Sequence record: PQ015378.1
DNA: 64,000 bases
Strand: one strand, 5' to 3'
Part shown: piece after piece, positions 39,120 to 48,305 of the stretch
Layout of the letters: each line of letters opens with the position of its first letter
Position numbering within the stretch: the first letter of the stretch is position 1
Notes under the pieces: model-generated
What the model was told of the DNA's origin: nothing
The model's input: the letters and a program-made list of their open reading frames with translations, nothing else
Databases searched by the model: none
Position numbers and translations under genes: made by a program

Positions 39120-39787
39120 ACGAGGTTGTTCCTCAACATCATCGAGCTAAGATAGATCGATAGCGTTTTGTTGGATTTGACGATGCTCGGCGATTCAGCC
39201 ATGATCGAGGACAGTGAAGCCTCACCGGTTTCCATGATCTGTCGGTTCATCTGGTTGTAAGCCTCAGCGTCACCACCACGGAACTTAACCAGTTCCAGTA
39301 CTGCTGTCTTGAGACCCTTCGAGATGTTAACCTGGATCTCTGGACCAGACATCCGAGAACCTTTCGAATCACCAGAAGCCTGACCAGAGCGTTCATCCAC
39401 TACGTGGTTGGAACCAGGGATCGATCGCTTCTTAGCGAGCATCTGTACTTGCCGACGGAGTGGTAGCATGCCGATCAAGTGCTTGTTGGGAGTCAGGTAT
39501 TCTTGACCCGTTGATTGGTCGGTTAGGCGAAGCTGTTGGAACAGCTCGAAACCGAGTTCGTCAGCGATCTTGTAGTTGCGTCGGATATCCAACGTAACGT
39601 CAGCCAGGTTAGGGGCGTAGAGGGTTACATACTCTGCACCGCTTTCCAGGTTGGCAATCCACTGTTCGAATTCTGCGTCGCTCATACGCTTCAACGCTGC
39701 GGCCAAAAGGTCCCGATTGGGACTTCCTGGCAAGAACATGTCGATGAAGTGTAGAGCTTCCTTTTCTGCTAGCTTGCGTTTGGACAT
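39116..39787 (-). CDS. Virion RNA polymerase beta subunit C-terminal fragment (phiKZ gp149-like)
   Basis: GGAG RBS, 223 aa; LPLRRQVQ...K, D..SGQ..G.SKG.R.S.PE and RGGD correspond to the beta C-terminal region. Confidence 0.85.
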   Translation of the reverse strand: MSKRKLAEKEALHFIDMFLPGSPNRDLLAAALKRMSDAEFEQWIANLESGAEYVTLYAPNLADVTLDIRRNYKIADELGFELFQQLRLTDQSTGQEYLTPNKHLIGMLPLRRQVQMLAKKRSIPGSNHVVDERSGQASGDSKGSRMSGPEIQVNISKGLKTAVLELVKFRGGDAEAYNQMNRQIMETGEASLSSIMAESPSIVKSNKTLSIYLSSMMLRNNLV

Positions 39788-39816
39788 CGTAAACTCCGGA
39801 ATCGTGTTGTATACGA

Positions 39817-40113
39817 TTAAAGAGGATAGATGGGTTTGGCACCTGCACTGACTGCAGGCAATCGATGCATGCAGAAGTACGGTAACACTGAACTTCGATA
39901 AACCTGGCACCATTGGTCGAAGGTTTGTTCGATACCACCCACGAACATTGGCTTGCACCAATTCGCTGGATACTGCTGTAGCAGGTCATTCATAAATGCC
40001 GCTAATTCGAATACGGTACCGATGCACGCAGGCATTCTGCGCAGCATGTCTTCAGCCAGTTCAGGATCGATGGAACGTGTCATCTGAAAGACGACTTGAT
40101 TGTAGGAATTCAT
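39817..40113 (-). CDS. Conserved hypothetical protein
   Basis: 98 aa, operonic, synteny. Confidence 0.6.
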   Translation of the reverse strand: MNSYNQVVFQMTRSIDPELAEDMLRRMPACIGTVFELAAFMNDLLQQYPANWCKPMFVGGIEQTFDQWCQVYRSSVLPYFCMHRLPAVSAGAKPIYPL

Positions 40114-40131
40114 AGACTACATCCTGGCCAA

Positions 40132-40482
40132 CTAAAGCTCACCGCAGTAATTGACCGTTGTTATGTGGGAAAGGAATTTGGTGATAAGGTGTCTGTGGCA
40201 GAACTTCCCTGCAGGACAGTAACACCCGAAAGCGATGGACTCATGGCTTATCAACCAATCAAAAAATTCTGGGAAGGTGTAGTAACGCCATTCCAGCATG
40301 GCCCAGTACTGGTGAGTATACTCGTCTTCAGTAATGAGCTTCTTCTTAACGGCCATCACGATCTCCCAAGAGGGGGCGAGTGGCCACATGGACTGCCCCG
40401 ACTTTACTGTGGTGTCGTAATAAGGGATGTTTGAGAAAAGCAAGTTCTCTAGCTTGCCAAGCTGGAAGGTGTATACATTCAT
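40132..40482 (-). CDS. DUF488/YeaO-like protein
   Basis: LAPSWE...Y...L and CYC....CHRH motifs. Confidence 0.65.
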   Translation of the reverse strand: MNVYTFQLGKLENLLFSNIPYYDTTVKSGQSMWPLAPSWEIVMAVKKKLITEDEYTHQYWAMLEWRYYTFPEFFDWLISHESIAFGCYCPAGKFCHRHLITKFLSHITTVNYCGEL

Positions 40483-41042
40483 GGTATTCTGAGCCTGTTA
40501 CTAACATGGTTAGGGTCACTCGTGTGCTTGCAGTTCGAACTGAAGCACGTGCAACTAACCATAGGTTCAGGTGGGGTGGGTAATTCAGGGGGTGGTGGAA
40601 CGAAAGCCCAGCTATGCGACGGAGCAATGTAATAGCCATCGTCTTCATTTTGCCGAGCTACTGCAACTCTCCGATGGTATTCTTTTATTTGAGCATCACT
40701 AACCGTTTCTTTTCGCACAGTACGCCGGTAGGCTTCTGCCATGAGGTTATTAATTTCTTCTGTGGTAAGCCGTGAGACTATGTCTCTGGTCAAACGACCT
40801 CTAGGAAAGGTTGGTGGGGGAGGTGCCTTTGGTAGTGTGGTAGGACGTTTTGACATACGTGACCATTCGCCGCCCCGGTTCATATTGGTCCAACCCTCAA
40901 CCCCTTCTTTACCAACAGGACAGAACAAACCACGGCAGTGATCTGTTCCTGGTTCAAACGAGCACCGGTGTTTAAACAGCCACACAAGTGGGACTGTTAT
41001 GGGTTTGAACAACCATCGCATTGCAGTCCCGAAATGTGACAT
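40479..41042 (-). CDS. Hypothetical Pro-rich protein
   Basis: 187 aa; ATGA overlap with the next gene; atypical codon usage. Confidence 0.55.
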   Translation of the reverse strand: MSHFGTAMRWLFKPITVPLVWLFKHRCSFEPGTDHCRGLFCPVGKEGVEGWTNMNRGGEWSRMSKRPTTLPKAPPPPTFPRGRLTRDIVSRLTTEEINNLMAEAYRRTVRKETVSDAQIKEYHRRVAVARQNEDDGYYIAPSHSWAFVPPPPELPTPPEPMVSCTCFSSNCKHTSDPNHVSNRLRIP

Positions 41043-41044
41043 GT

Positions 41045-42475
41045 TTACTCCGCGGCTTTTACTTCCAGTGGTTTGATGGCAGCTTTCTGCTCTTTGGTCA
41101 TCCAGTATGGGATGTACTCATAACGCAGCATACGTACCAAGTCTTTGGTGGAAAGGAACTTCTTGTCGCTCAGGTGTTCTTCTTCACGGCACATCCAATA
41201 TCCACGTGTATGGTTCAGGATGAAGTCCCAGTCGTAGCCCATTGCTTTCAGACCTTCATACAAGGTCTTCGGATCTGGAGTATCGAACTCACGTTTGAAG
41301 TGAATGAACTGCAAAAGTTCCGATTGAATTTCAACTGCGCGGCGTAGGGCTGGGTTTTCGTTCAGCTTACTACGAACCTTAGTACGACTCAGGCTGACGT
41401 CTGGCATTAGCTCGACGTAGTAGTTCTGTAGGTTGCCACCGATACCCCAGTTATTGTCTTTGCAATAGTGGAACTCGGTCAGAGCCACTAGCACACCTTC
41501 AGACTGTGCCACGATGATCTGGATAGGCAAACCTTCCATGCCACCTTTCGGTCGCAGGTTCTTGACTTCCAGGATACGGAGGTCGGTGTCGCCTTGGATC
41601 TGTTCGGCCGCGGTACCGATCGGATAGACTGGCATCTTGTCGCTGTTCAGCAACGGCTTGTTCGACATTACGTCCCAGACGTTGTTCGGCAGAGAGTAGA
41701 AGCCACCCGACACACCTTTCAGCACGGTGTCTTTCTTCATACCGGCCAGGTTACGTTTATCGGTCGGATACATCTCCATCTGGATGATGTCACCAACGTG
41801 CGCAGTCAGCAGGAAATGAGTACCGGTCTGAGCAGCAACTTGTGGTAGCTGGTTGAACAGCTGGTTCTTTGCCTTACCGTTGGTCATGGCGTCGGTGTTG
41901 TTCTTCGAGTCGCCGATCTTGTTCTTCAGGTACATGTCTTCTACAGCAGACACGTTGAACTTCGAGAAGCTGTCGATGAACGCAGTAGTCGGATGCAGGA
42001 ACGGTTTCAGTTTACCGTTCTCGTCTTTGAAAGGAGAAGTCCGTTGATAGGTCTTCGGATCCTTCGACTTAGCGTCCAGGACTTTACGCAGTGCGAAGAA
42101 GAACTCGTCACCGGAGTACTGGGACAAGTCAGTGAACATGAACTGAGGATCGTTCTCGAAATCGATCGCGGCGATTTCAGGGTAGTGCTTGCCGATGGTG
42201 TTGAAACGAGTGACAGGGTTCAGCGTACCCTCAGTATCGTAGATGATCTGGTGAGAGCCAGGGAATGCCCTGCGAGCCATGGCCATCATGTACAGACCGA
42301 GAGCAGACTTGAAGTTGTTCGGACGGGATACGATGCCGTTCAGAGCACCGAGTCCACCGTCGAGAATCATCTCGCCGTGCTCACCTTCGAAATATTGGCC
42401 AGTTGAAACGTCCATCAAGCAACCAACGTTTACCGCTGGTCGGAATGATGGCTTCTTGAAAGCGCCTTGAAACAT
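41045..42475 (-). CDS. uvsX: UvsX/RecA-like recombinase (phiKZ gp152-like)
   Basis: GIVSRPNNFKS P-loop variant, YDTEG and FIDSFS Walker B, TAHVG; GAGG RBS. Confidence 0.88.
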   Translation of the reverse strand: MFQGAFKKPSFRPAVNVGCLMDVSTGQYFEGEHGEMILDGGLGALNGIVSRPNNFKSALGLYMMAMARRAFPGSHQIIYDTEGTLNPVTRFNTIGKHYPEIAAIDFENDPQFMFTDLSQYSGDEFFFALRKVLDAKSKDPKTYQRTSPFKDENGKLKPFLHPTTAFIDSFSKFNVSAVEDMYLKNKIGDSKNNTDAMTNGKAKNQLFNQLPQVAAQTGTHFLLTAHVGDIIQMEMYPTDKRNLAGMKKDTVLKGVSGGFYSLPNNVWDVMSNKPLLNSDKMPVYPIGTAAEQIQGDTDLRILEVKNLRPKGGMEGLPIQIIVAQSEGVLVALTEFHYCKDNNWGIGGNLQNYYVELMPDVSLSRTKVRSKLNENPALRRAVEIQSELLQFIHFKREFDTPDPKTLYEGLKAMGYDWDFILNHTRGYWMCREEEHLSDKKFLSTKDLVRMLRYEYIPYWMTKEQKAAIKPLEVKAAE

Positions 42476-42569
42476 GGTGTGTCCTCTTTATATGGCATGA
42501 ACAATCAATTCATTGAGTTTAAGCGTAATTTTATGTCTAGACTCCAATATTCATTACAAGGTAGCTACC

Positions 42570-43439
42570 ATGTCAATCTACACTCGCTACGGCACTAACG
42601 AAGTCGTGTCCGTGGAATCGGTTGCCGACAAACCTGTGGATCCGATCCGTCAGTTCTATCGTGCTTGTGAAACCATTTCCATGGAAGCTGCTGAAGTCGG
42701 CTCCATTGCCGGTTTCTTCGTACGCGCAGGCAACAACCTCTCGATGGCCATCAAGCGTGGCTTCGAGTTCATGACCACTTACGACTGGGCTCCACTGCCT
42801 ACGTTGTATCCAGGTAACATGCGTTCGATCGCTCGTACCCGTGACTTTATGCAATGGCAGGACAAATACGTTGCTCAGCCTCGTGGCTTCATCGGTAACC
42901 TGCATGACTACGTGCTGTCGATGGAACCTCGTATCCTGTTGGCCGCACAGATCGTCAACAACGTTCTGGCTCCAGCTATCCACCGTCTGGGTTACTACGT
43001 GACCAACCCATCGCAACGCGGTGACCGTCGTGACTTCCCAGGTGGTTCTGCAGATGTGGCTCAAACAGCCAAGCTGCTGGCAGACGAATCCAAGTGGTTC
43101 GGTAAAGGCGACAACAACGCCACTGCTGCTTTCGGTCAGCTGTTCAACAGCATGAACGAGTTCGTGGTAACCGACTACAAGTTGGTTGAATACGCACAAC
43201 TGCTGGACAAAGCAAAACCTGCTGACGTTCGCAAACAAGTCGAGACTCTCTCGACCATGGCTCAAGGTCTGTTCAAGTCCCTTGGTTCAGAGTCTGATCC
43301 TGCTTCCAAGCAACTGATCCAGACTATCGGCAACGAACTGGCTAATGCAGCTAAGTGGGTCGAGTGGTACGCGGTGCAATACACCAAGCTACTCGAATGT
43401 ACCCAGGTAGTGGCTCAACTTGAGAAAGAACTCCGCTGA
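42570..43439 (+). CDS. Virion head protein (gp153-like)
   Basis: AAGG RBS; N-terminal SVE/SME protease-type sites; strong codon bias. Confidence 0.75.
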   Translation: MSIYTRYGTNEVVSVESVADKPVDPIRQFYRACETISMEAAEVGSIAGFFVRAGNNLSMAIKRGFEFMTTYDWAPLPTLYPGNMRSIARTRDFMQWQDKYVAQPRGFIGNLHDYVLSMEPRILLAAQIVNNVLAPAIHRLGYYVTNPSQRGDRRDFPGGSADVAQTAKLLADESKWFGKGDNNATAAFGQLFNSMNEFVVTDYKLVEYAQLLDKAKPADVRKQVETLSTMAQGLFKSLGSESDPASKQLIQTIGNELANAAKWVEWYAVQYTKLLECTQVVAQLEKELR

Positions 43440-43448
43440 TGGCATAAA

Positions 43449-43468
43449 GGCTTCCCCGAAGGGAAGCC
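43449..43468. terminator. Hairpin between convergent genes, flanked by CATA and TATG
   Basis: GGCTTCCC-CGAA-GGGAAGCC. Confidence 0.75.
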
Positions 43469-43479
43469 AATATGTCGTC

Positions 43480-43890
43480 TCATGCCACCACAGGTGTGGC
43501 GCACAGCGAAAGCAATCTTTGCATGTCATTGCGGAACGCTTCTTCATCAGCGTAGCGCAACCAGCATGGGATTGCCCGCCATGCCCGTCGCCATCCAAAG
43601 TCCGGAGAGCACTTGGCTTCCGTGAGGCTTGGAATGTCGAGTAAGCATTTGTCAGCGATGCAGGTCGGGAACTTCAGCGCATTCGTGTCTTTGACCAAGC
43701 ACATCTGCTCATTCATTGACGCGATCTTTGCATAACGTTCTCGCACTATGTCACCACCCACCCACTTGGAATGGATGATGGCTAACACTAGCATCCGCTT
43801 GAAGTCGTTATCGAACTTCGAACAGAGGCGTAGCACGATCTTTGTAAAAAACCGTTCGACGCCTTGGCGGAGAGAGGTTAGTAGTTTCAT
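43480..43890 (-). CDS. Conserved hypothetical protein
   Basis: 136 aa, operonic with RNase H. Confidence 0.65.
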   Translation of the reverse strand: MKLLTSLRQGVERFFTKIVLRLCSKFDNDFKRMLVLAIIHSKWVGGDIVRERYAKIASMNEQMCLVKDTNALKFPTCIADKCLLDIPSLTEAKCSPDFGWRRAWRAIPCWLRYADEEAFRNDMQRLLSLCATPVVA

Positions 43891-43901
43891 TGGCGTACCC
43901 G

Positions 43902-45350
43902 CTATTTAGGTAGAATGAACTGCGTATACGGACTCTGGTAAATTGCTGACCCTTCGTCCGTCATGAACACAGTCGCGTATGTATAGGCCATCGGCCCAAC
44001 AGCAATCACCAACACCTCTGCTTTCGTATAGCCTGCCCCGATCCGGTTAAGCTGGTTACGTGTCGGAATGTCTAGACCCAGACAAAGTCTGAGCTCGATC
44101 TCCTGACCACGGAACTTGATCTTCGGATTGACCGATTCGGTTTGTTGCGTAATCGACTTGAGAAGCTGTCGGATCTCTTTCTTTCCAGACGAAACCTGCT
44201 CAAAGAAGTCAGCTGTGATATCAAACGTTTCAATCCCGTCACCCAACTTGCCTGTCAGGTAATCGTCCAATTGTCGCTGGAGCTGATGGAAAACCATGAC
44301 TGCGTCGTTCGCTCGTCGTGGTGGATTGAGAGTACGGCTGATGAGTTTGTAGTCGCCGGTTGCCATCACCAGAATGTCATCATGTTTCGTCAGCAAGTCC
44401 GAACCTGCTGTCTCGATGTTATTCCGAATGTTGGCGTTGTAAGCATTCGCCAAGTTGATGATACCCAGTTCAGGGTTGTCACTCGGGAACGCCTTCGCAT
44501 GAAGACCAATGAGTTCTTCCAGGTAACTATCTGGTTCGTATGCCTTGTAGACACCGAAGGTTGCTTCACTGATCGGACGACCCACCAGAAGATCGGCCTT
44601 CGCCAGTTTGTCTTTAGGTGTGTCCTGTGGCTTGTGGCCGTAGTTGTGCATCCGACCCAGGTTATACATGTAGTAATAACCATCAGGCTCTTCGCCAGTG
44701 TTGAACCCGAACAGCAAACGTGATTCCATAACCAGTGGATTCACTGGTTGCTTCTTCAGCTTGTTGATCTTCTCGCCAGCTTGTTTCACTTCAACCGGTG
44801 GTGCTTTAGCTTCATGCCCACCACCCAACAAAGCATTCGCATCTGCTTTGTCGTTACCCATGTCGTTGGAATGACCTTTGATCCACAAGAGTTCAAGCTT
44901 GCGTTTCGGTTCTTCCCACGACGTCTTCAGTTCAACCAGTTGCTTCCAGTAGTCAACGTTAGCAACCGGATTGCCGTCAGACTTGATCCAGTTATTCTTC
45001 TGCCACTTTGGCACGAAGTTCAGCAACCCTTTCCGAACGTACTCACTGTCCATCAACATGGTCAGAGATTTCGATTCAGTTTTGATGGCGTAGTCAAACG
45101 CGTTGATTGCCGCACTCAGTTCCGCGGTGTTATTCGTAGGGTTATTCTCGACTCGCCCGTACGCATCGATGTAATCGATAACCGTAACAGTTTCCGACGC
45201 CGGTACATCTTTATACCCTTTAGCTGTCGGTTGCTGTTTCGTGTTCGCCTTCGAAGACATGGCGACGTTGTTGTAGGTGTAGCCGTGAATACCCCATCCC
45301 GCTTTATTCTGACGGAAGGAACCGTCAGTATAAAGAACAATCCCATCCAT
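43902..45350 (-). CDS. rnhA: Ribonuclease HI with long C-terminal extension (gp155-like)
   Basis: LYTDGS, TNN.AEL, DSEYV, WIKGH and GN..AD motifs; GAGG RBS. Confidence 0.9.
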   Translation of the reverse strand: MDGIVLYTDGSFRQNKAGWGIHGYTYNNVAMSSKANTKQQPTAKGYKDVPASETVTVIDYIDAYGRVENNPTNNTAELSAAINAFDYAIKTESKSLTMLMDSEYVRKGLLNFVPKWQKNNWIKSDGNPVANVDYWKQLVELKTSWEEPKRKLELLWIKGHSNDMGNDKADANALLGGGHEAKAPPVEVKQAGEKINKLKKQPVNPLVMESRLLFGFNTGEEPDGYYYMYNLGRMHNYGHKPQDTPKDKLAKADLLVGRPISEATFGVYKAYEPDSYLEELIGLHAKAFPSDNPELGIINLANAYNANIRNNIETAGSDLLTKHDDILVMATGDYKLISRTLNPPRRANDAVMVFHQLQRQLDDYLTGKLGDGIETFDITADFFEQVSSGKKEIRQLLKSITQQTESVNPKIKFRGQEIELRLCLGLDIPTRNQLNRIGAGYTKAEVLVIAVGPMAYTYATVFMTDEGSAIYQSPYTQFILPK

Positions 45351-45405
45351 TACGGTAACCCCTCAGATGACAAAACCACATGTAGATTATTAATCAGTCA
45401 AGTGT

Positions 45406-45807
45406 TTATCTGCAGGAGTCTTTCCACTCGCGATACGCCGTAACAACACGTGCCCGTTCTCGGTCAGCGTATTTGTTCAGCGCCTTGATGTGCGCAGCAA
45501 GGATCGCGTCTATGTCCACTTTCACCTTGAGTTCAGGGTCACTGAAAACGGGGGTGGGAGGTACGGGACCTTTAGGCGGTAGGACGAACTCGGCGCATGT
45601 TGTAGTTGTGGTTTGCACTGGGTCACGGATCACTACCGTTTTAGGTTTAGGGGCAGGTGTCTCTTTTGTTGTAGTGGTTGACGTTCTGGAGACGTTGGAG
45701 ACATTGCTGTTATGAACCTCTGTGTAGTAGAAGTTCTGCGGTTGGTTAAGAACACAACCACTGCTCAACATGAACAGTAAGAATAGAACGTAACGCATGG
45801 GGTACAA
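45406..45807 (-). CDS. Lipoprotein, Pro/Thr-rich
   Basis: MRYVLFLLFMLSSG-C lipobox; AAGGAG RBS. Confidence 0.75.
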   Translation of the reverse strand: MYPMRYVLFLLFMLSSGCVLNQPQNFYYTEVHNSNVSNVSRTSTTTTKETPAPKPKTVVIRDPVQTTTTTCAEFVLPPKGPVPPTPVFSDPELKVKVDIDAILAAHIKALNKYADRERARVVTAYREWKDSCR

Positions 45808-45821
45808 CTCCTTTCGGTGAT

Positions 45822-46106
45822 TTACTTGAGAAGATCATCCAATCGCCGACGACGAGCGTCGAGATCAGGGGTACCTTGAGTCGCCTTGAGGTCCTCTAGT
45901 TCCTGAACGATAGCACGATTCTCAGCTTTAACAGCATCCAACTCGTTACCCACCCATACGACAGTCGACAGCAACATTAAGATGCAGAACAACATGAAGG
46001 TGATGTACTTGTTTTCCCGCAGAACCTCTTTGACTGCACGATCACCAAAGATCATGCGCTTGAGGAACGGCCACAAAGAGAGCAAGGCTTGTGTAGTTAC
46101 GACCAT
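45822..46106 (-). CDS. Single-pass membrane protein with coiled coil
   Basis: YITFMLFCILMLLSTVVWV TM; GAGG RBS. Confidence 0.7.
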   Translation of the reverse strand: MVVTTQALLSLWPFLKRMIFGDRAVKEVLRENKYITFMLFCILMLLSTVVWVGNELDAVKAENRAIVQELEDLKATQGTPDLDARRRRLDDLLK

Positions 46107-46298
46107 GATAACCTCAGTCAGTTTGAACTACGCCTACCCGTTAACTCACTATGGAGTTTTCCATCGAAAAGCTATATAAACGGTAGACAAATATCCCATG
46201 GGTTTTTAACCCATTCTACCATGACGCTTTCATTAGCACAAGCAGAGCAGTCAATTTTATAGATGGCTCAACCATCCCCTGCTTATGAGGACCGCAAC

Positions 46299-47612
46299 AT
46301 GTATAACTTGAAAGGTTTCGTAGGATTCCCTTCGATGGTCAGCAACGTGCCTGACCAGACTGCAAAAATCGGCGAGATCTCCAAAGACTCACTGACGTAT
46401 GCAAAAGATGTCACGTTCCATACCGGTGCGTCTGTACCGAATACTGCATTTCTTTCCTTTCATAGCGTAAAGGACGCAACTGTAGTTGATGTGGATCCGT
46501 CGACCAAAGATCTCGTGCTCAAGCTTTCCAAATACCTGCTCGATCAAGCCGTAACTGGTGCGATCGGTAACGATCCTCAAGTTGTACGTCAACTGGTTCT
46601 GGCAGAGTTTGGTTCGCTCCTGAAAACGTTTAGCACCGGCAAGATGGTCACCAACAATGAGATCTGGATGCCCGAGTACGTGGTGTTCGAGATGTCGCAG
46701 TACGGTGAAACCAACCGTGTGCAACTGTGGTACGTGGACGAATCGTTCCGTGGTCAGTACGACGAATATTTCATCGAGGTCGTTCACCCGATCGTTCCTT
46801 ACGATGACTTCTTCAAAGATCCACTGGAAGTAATCGAGATGCTCAAGGCCTACAACCTTGATGAGAAACTCGAAGAGGCTCAGGCCAAGCGCGACCAGTA
46901 TCCGTACACCAACCTCCGGTCGCTGTCGTATGACTACGTCAACCCACGTAATCCCTCCATCCGGTATCCGGCTCGTTGGCTTGCTCTGCTTTACGGTGTG
47001 GCAGCTGATAACCAGGACTTCATCAACGACAAGATTGTAGAAGAGCTCCTGACCAACTCCACTCACTCTCGGGAAGAGTGGGAGCAGATCCTCCCCGACC
47101 TGTTCAAGAAAACCGAATTCATCATCACTCCGTTCTGGCACAACTACTCGGTTCCTGCTGGTATCCTCGGCTCTGGTTTCTACAGCCCAACCATTGATCC
47201 TCGCAAAGAACTCCCGTTGCTGCAACGTACGGCCCGTGGTCCAGGTTACACCAATGCTTGGGTAACGAACCAGTACGAGACTTCGGTCAACGCGTACAAG
47301 TCGTTGGCTTTCGGCGTCGTGGGGAATCCCCAGAACCGTGAAGGCGTGGTGCGTTTCTCCAAGAAGTTCCCGGACTACATGGTCGTCATGAACAACACAA
47401 ACGACTTCAACCGTGTCGACCCGCTGACTACCGGCGAGTGGATGGTTCTGTTCTCGCGCCTTCTGAAAGTGGCAGAGACCATGGACCGCTACACTTCGGT
47501 GCCACTGGGTATTTCGCGGATGGTACGTGATGGTGTGGTCTACGCATCGGCGATGTTCCAACGTGTGAACTACCTGGTCGTAACCAAGTCCTCAGTAGAG
47601 GAATTCGCATAA
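46299..47612 (+). CDS. Virion structural protein (gp157-like)
   Basis: GAGG RBS; TATG just upstream; 437 aa. Confidence 0.75.
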   Translation: MYNLKGFVGFPSMVSNVPDQTAKIGEISKDSLTYAKDVTFHTGASVPNTAFLSFHSVKDATVVDVDPSTKDLVLKLSKYLLDQAVTGAIGNDPQVVRQLVLAEFGSLLKTFSTGKMVTNNEIWMPEYVVFEMSQYGETNRVQLWYVDESFRGQYDEYFIEVVHPIVPYDDFFKDPLEVIEMLKAYNLDEKLEEAQAKRDQYPYTNLRSLSYDYVNPRNPSIRYPARWLALLYGVAADNQDFINDKIVEELLTNSTHSREEWEQILPDLFKKTEFIITPFWHNYSVPAGILGSGFYSPTIDPRKELPLLQRTARGPGYTNAWVTNQYETSVNAYKSLAFGVVGNPQNREGVVRFSKKFPDYMVVMNNTNDFNRVDPLTTGEWMVLFSRLLKVAETMDRYTSVPLGISRMVRDGVVYASAMFQRVNYLVVTKSSVEEFA

Positions 47613-47629
47613 GGGTGCTGCGGCACCCT
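47612..47629 (+). terminator. Hairpin flanked by CATA and TATG
   Basis: AGGGTGC-TGCG-GCACCCT. Confidence 0.7.
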
Positions 47630-47673
47630 TTATGCCCAATTAGATGATTCGTCAATACTCAAAGGCTCTTGCC

Positions 47674-48294
47674 ATGGCTAATGTAATTCCGCAACCAGGT
47701 ATCAAAGGTCGCTGGGAAGTCAAAGCTCCCTGGACCGTCAAACCCGGCATGTTGTATGAGCTGGGTGCCGTTCGATACTTTGTAGATATCGAGAACAACG
47801 GCGTAAACGTCTTCGAGACTTACTACGGTCCTTCCGGTCTGTCCCGTGACGTCTACAACGCTGACAAGCGTGCTGGTGCTGTAATGTTGACCCTGTTGTC
47901 AGATTCCGAAGCACCCATCTACATCCCGTCTTCTTATGTTACACGGTTTCCATCACTGGATTCCGTAGCTTACCACCACGTTGTGCTTTCCGCTTCGTGT
48001 GGTGCTCTACCAGTAACTCTGTCCCTCGACTACTTAGTAACCCAGGTAGCGAACGTGATCTCTGACACCATCGGTGTTACCCCCGAGATCAACATCGGTG
48101 TTGTCCCACTGCTGAGCGTCGTGACGCCTGAGCAACACGAGACCAACGAAGCCAAGCGAGAAGCTGCGATCAAGAATCGTACTTCGGACTACGCGCGGCT
48201 GTTGGAAGAACAGCAGAAGAATACTCAGCTCACCCAGAAACTTGCTGTTGCTGAATCCATCATCAAGAACCTTAAAGATCAAGGTATCATCTAG
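47674..48294 (+). CDS. Putative virion structural protein
   Basis: AAGG RBS before ATG47674; C-terminal coiled coil. Confidence 0.7.
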   Translation: MANVIPQPGIKGRWEVKAPWTVKPGMLYELGAVRYFVDIENNGVNVFETYYGPSGLSRDVYNADKRAGAVMLTLLSDSEAPIYIPSSYVTRFPSLDSVAYHHVVLSASCGALPVTLSLDYLVTQVANVISDTIGVTPEINIGVVPLLSVVTPEQHETNEAKREAAIKNRTSDYARLLEEQQKNTQLTQKLAVAESIIKNLKDQGII

Positions 48295-48305
48295 AGGTCA
48301 CCTCC

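Noticed and set aside
3650-42475. Introns or inteins in RNAP fragments or UvsX, as found in some phiKZ relatives
   Set aside because: ORF lengths match the expected intact proteins, and no intein termini or homing-endonuclease motifs were seen.
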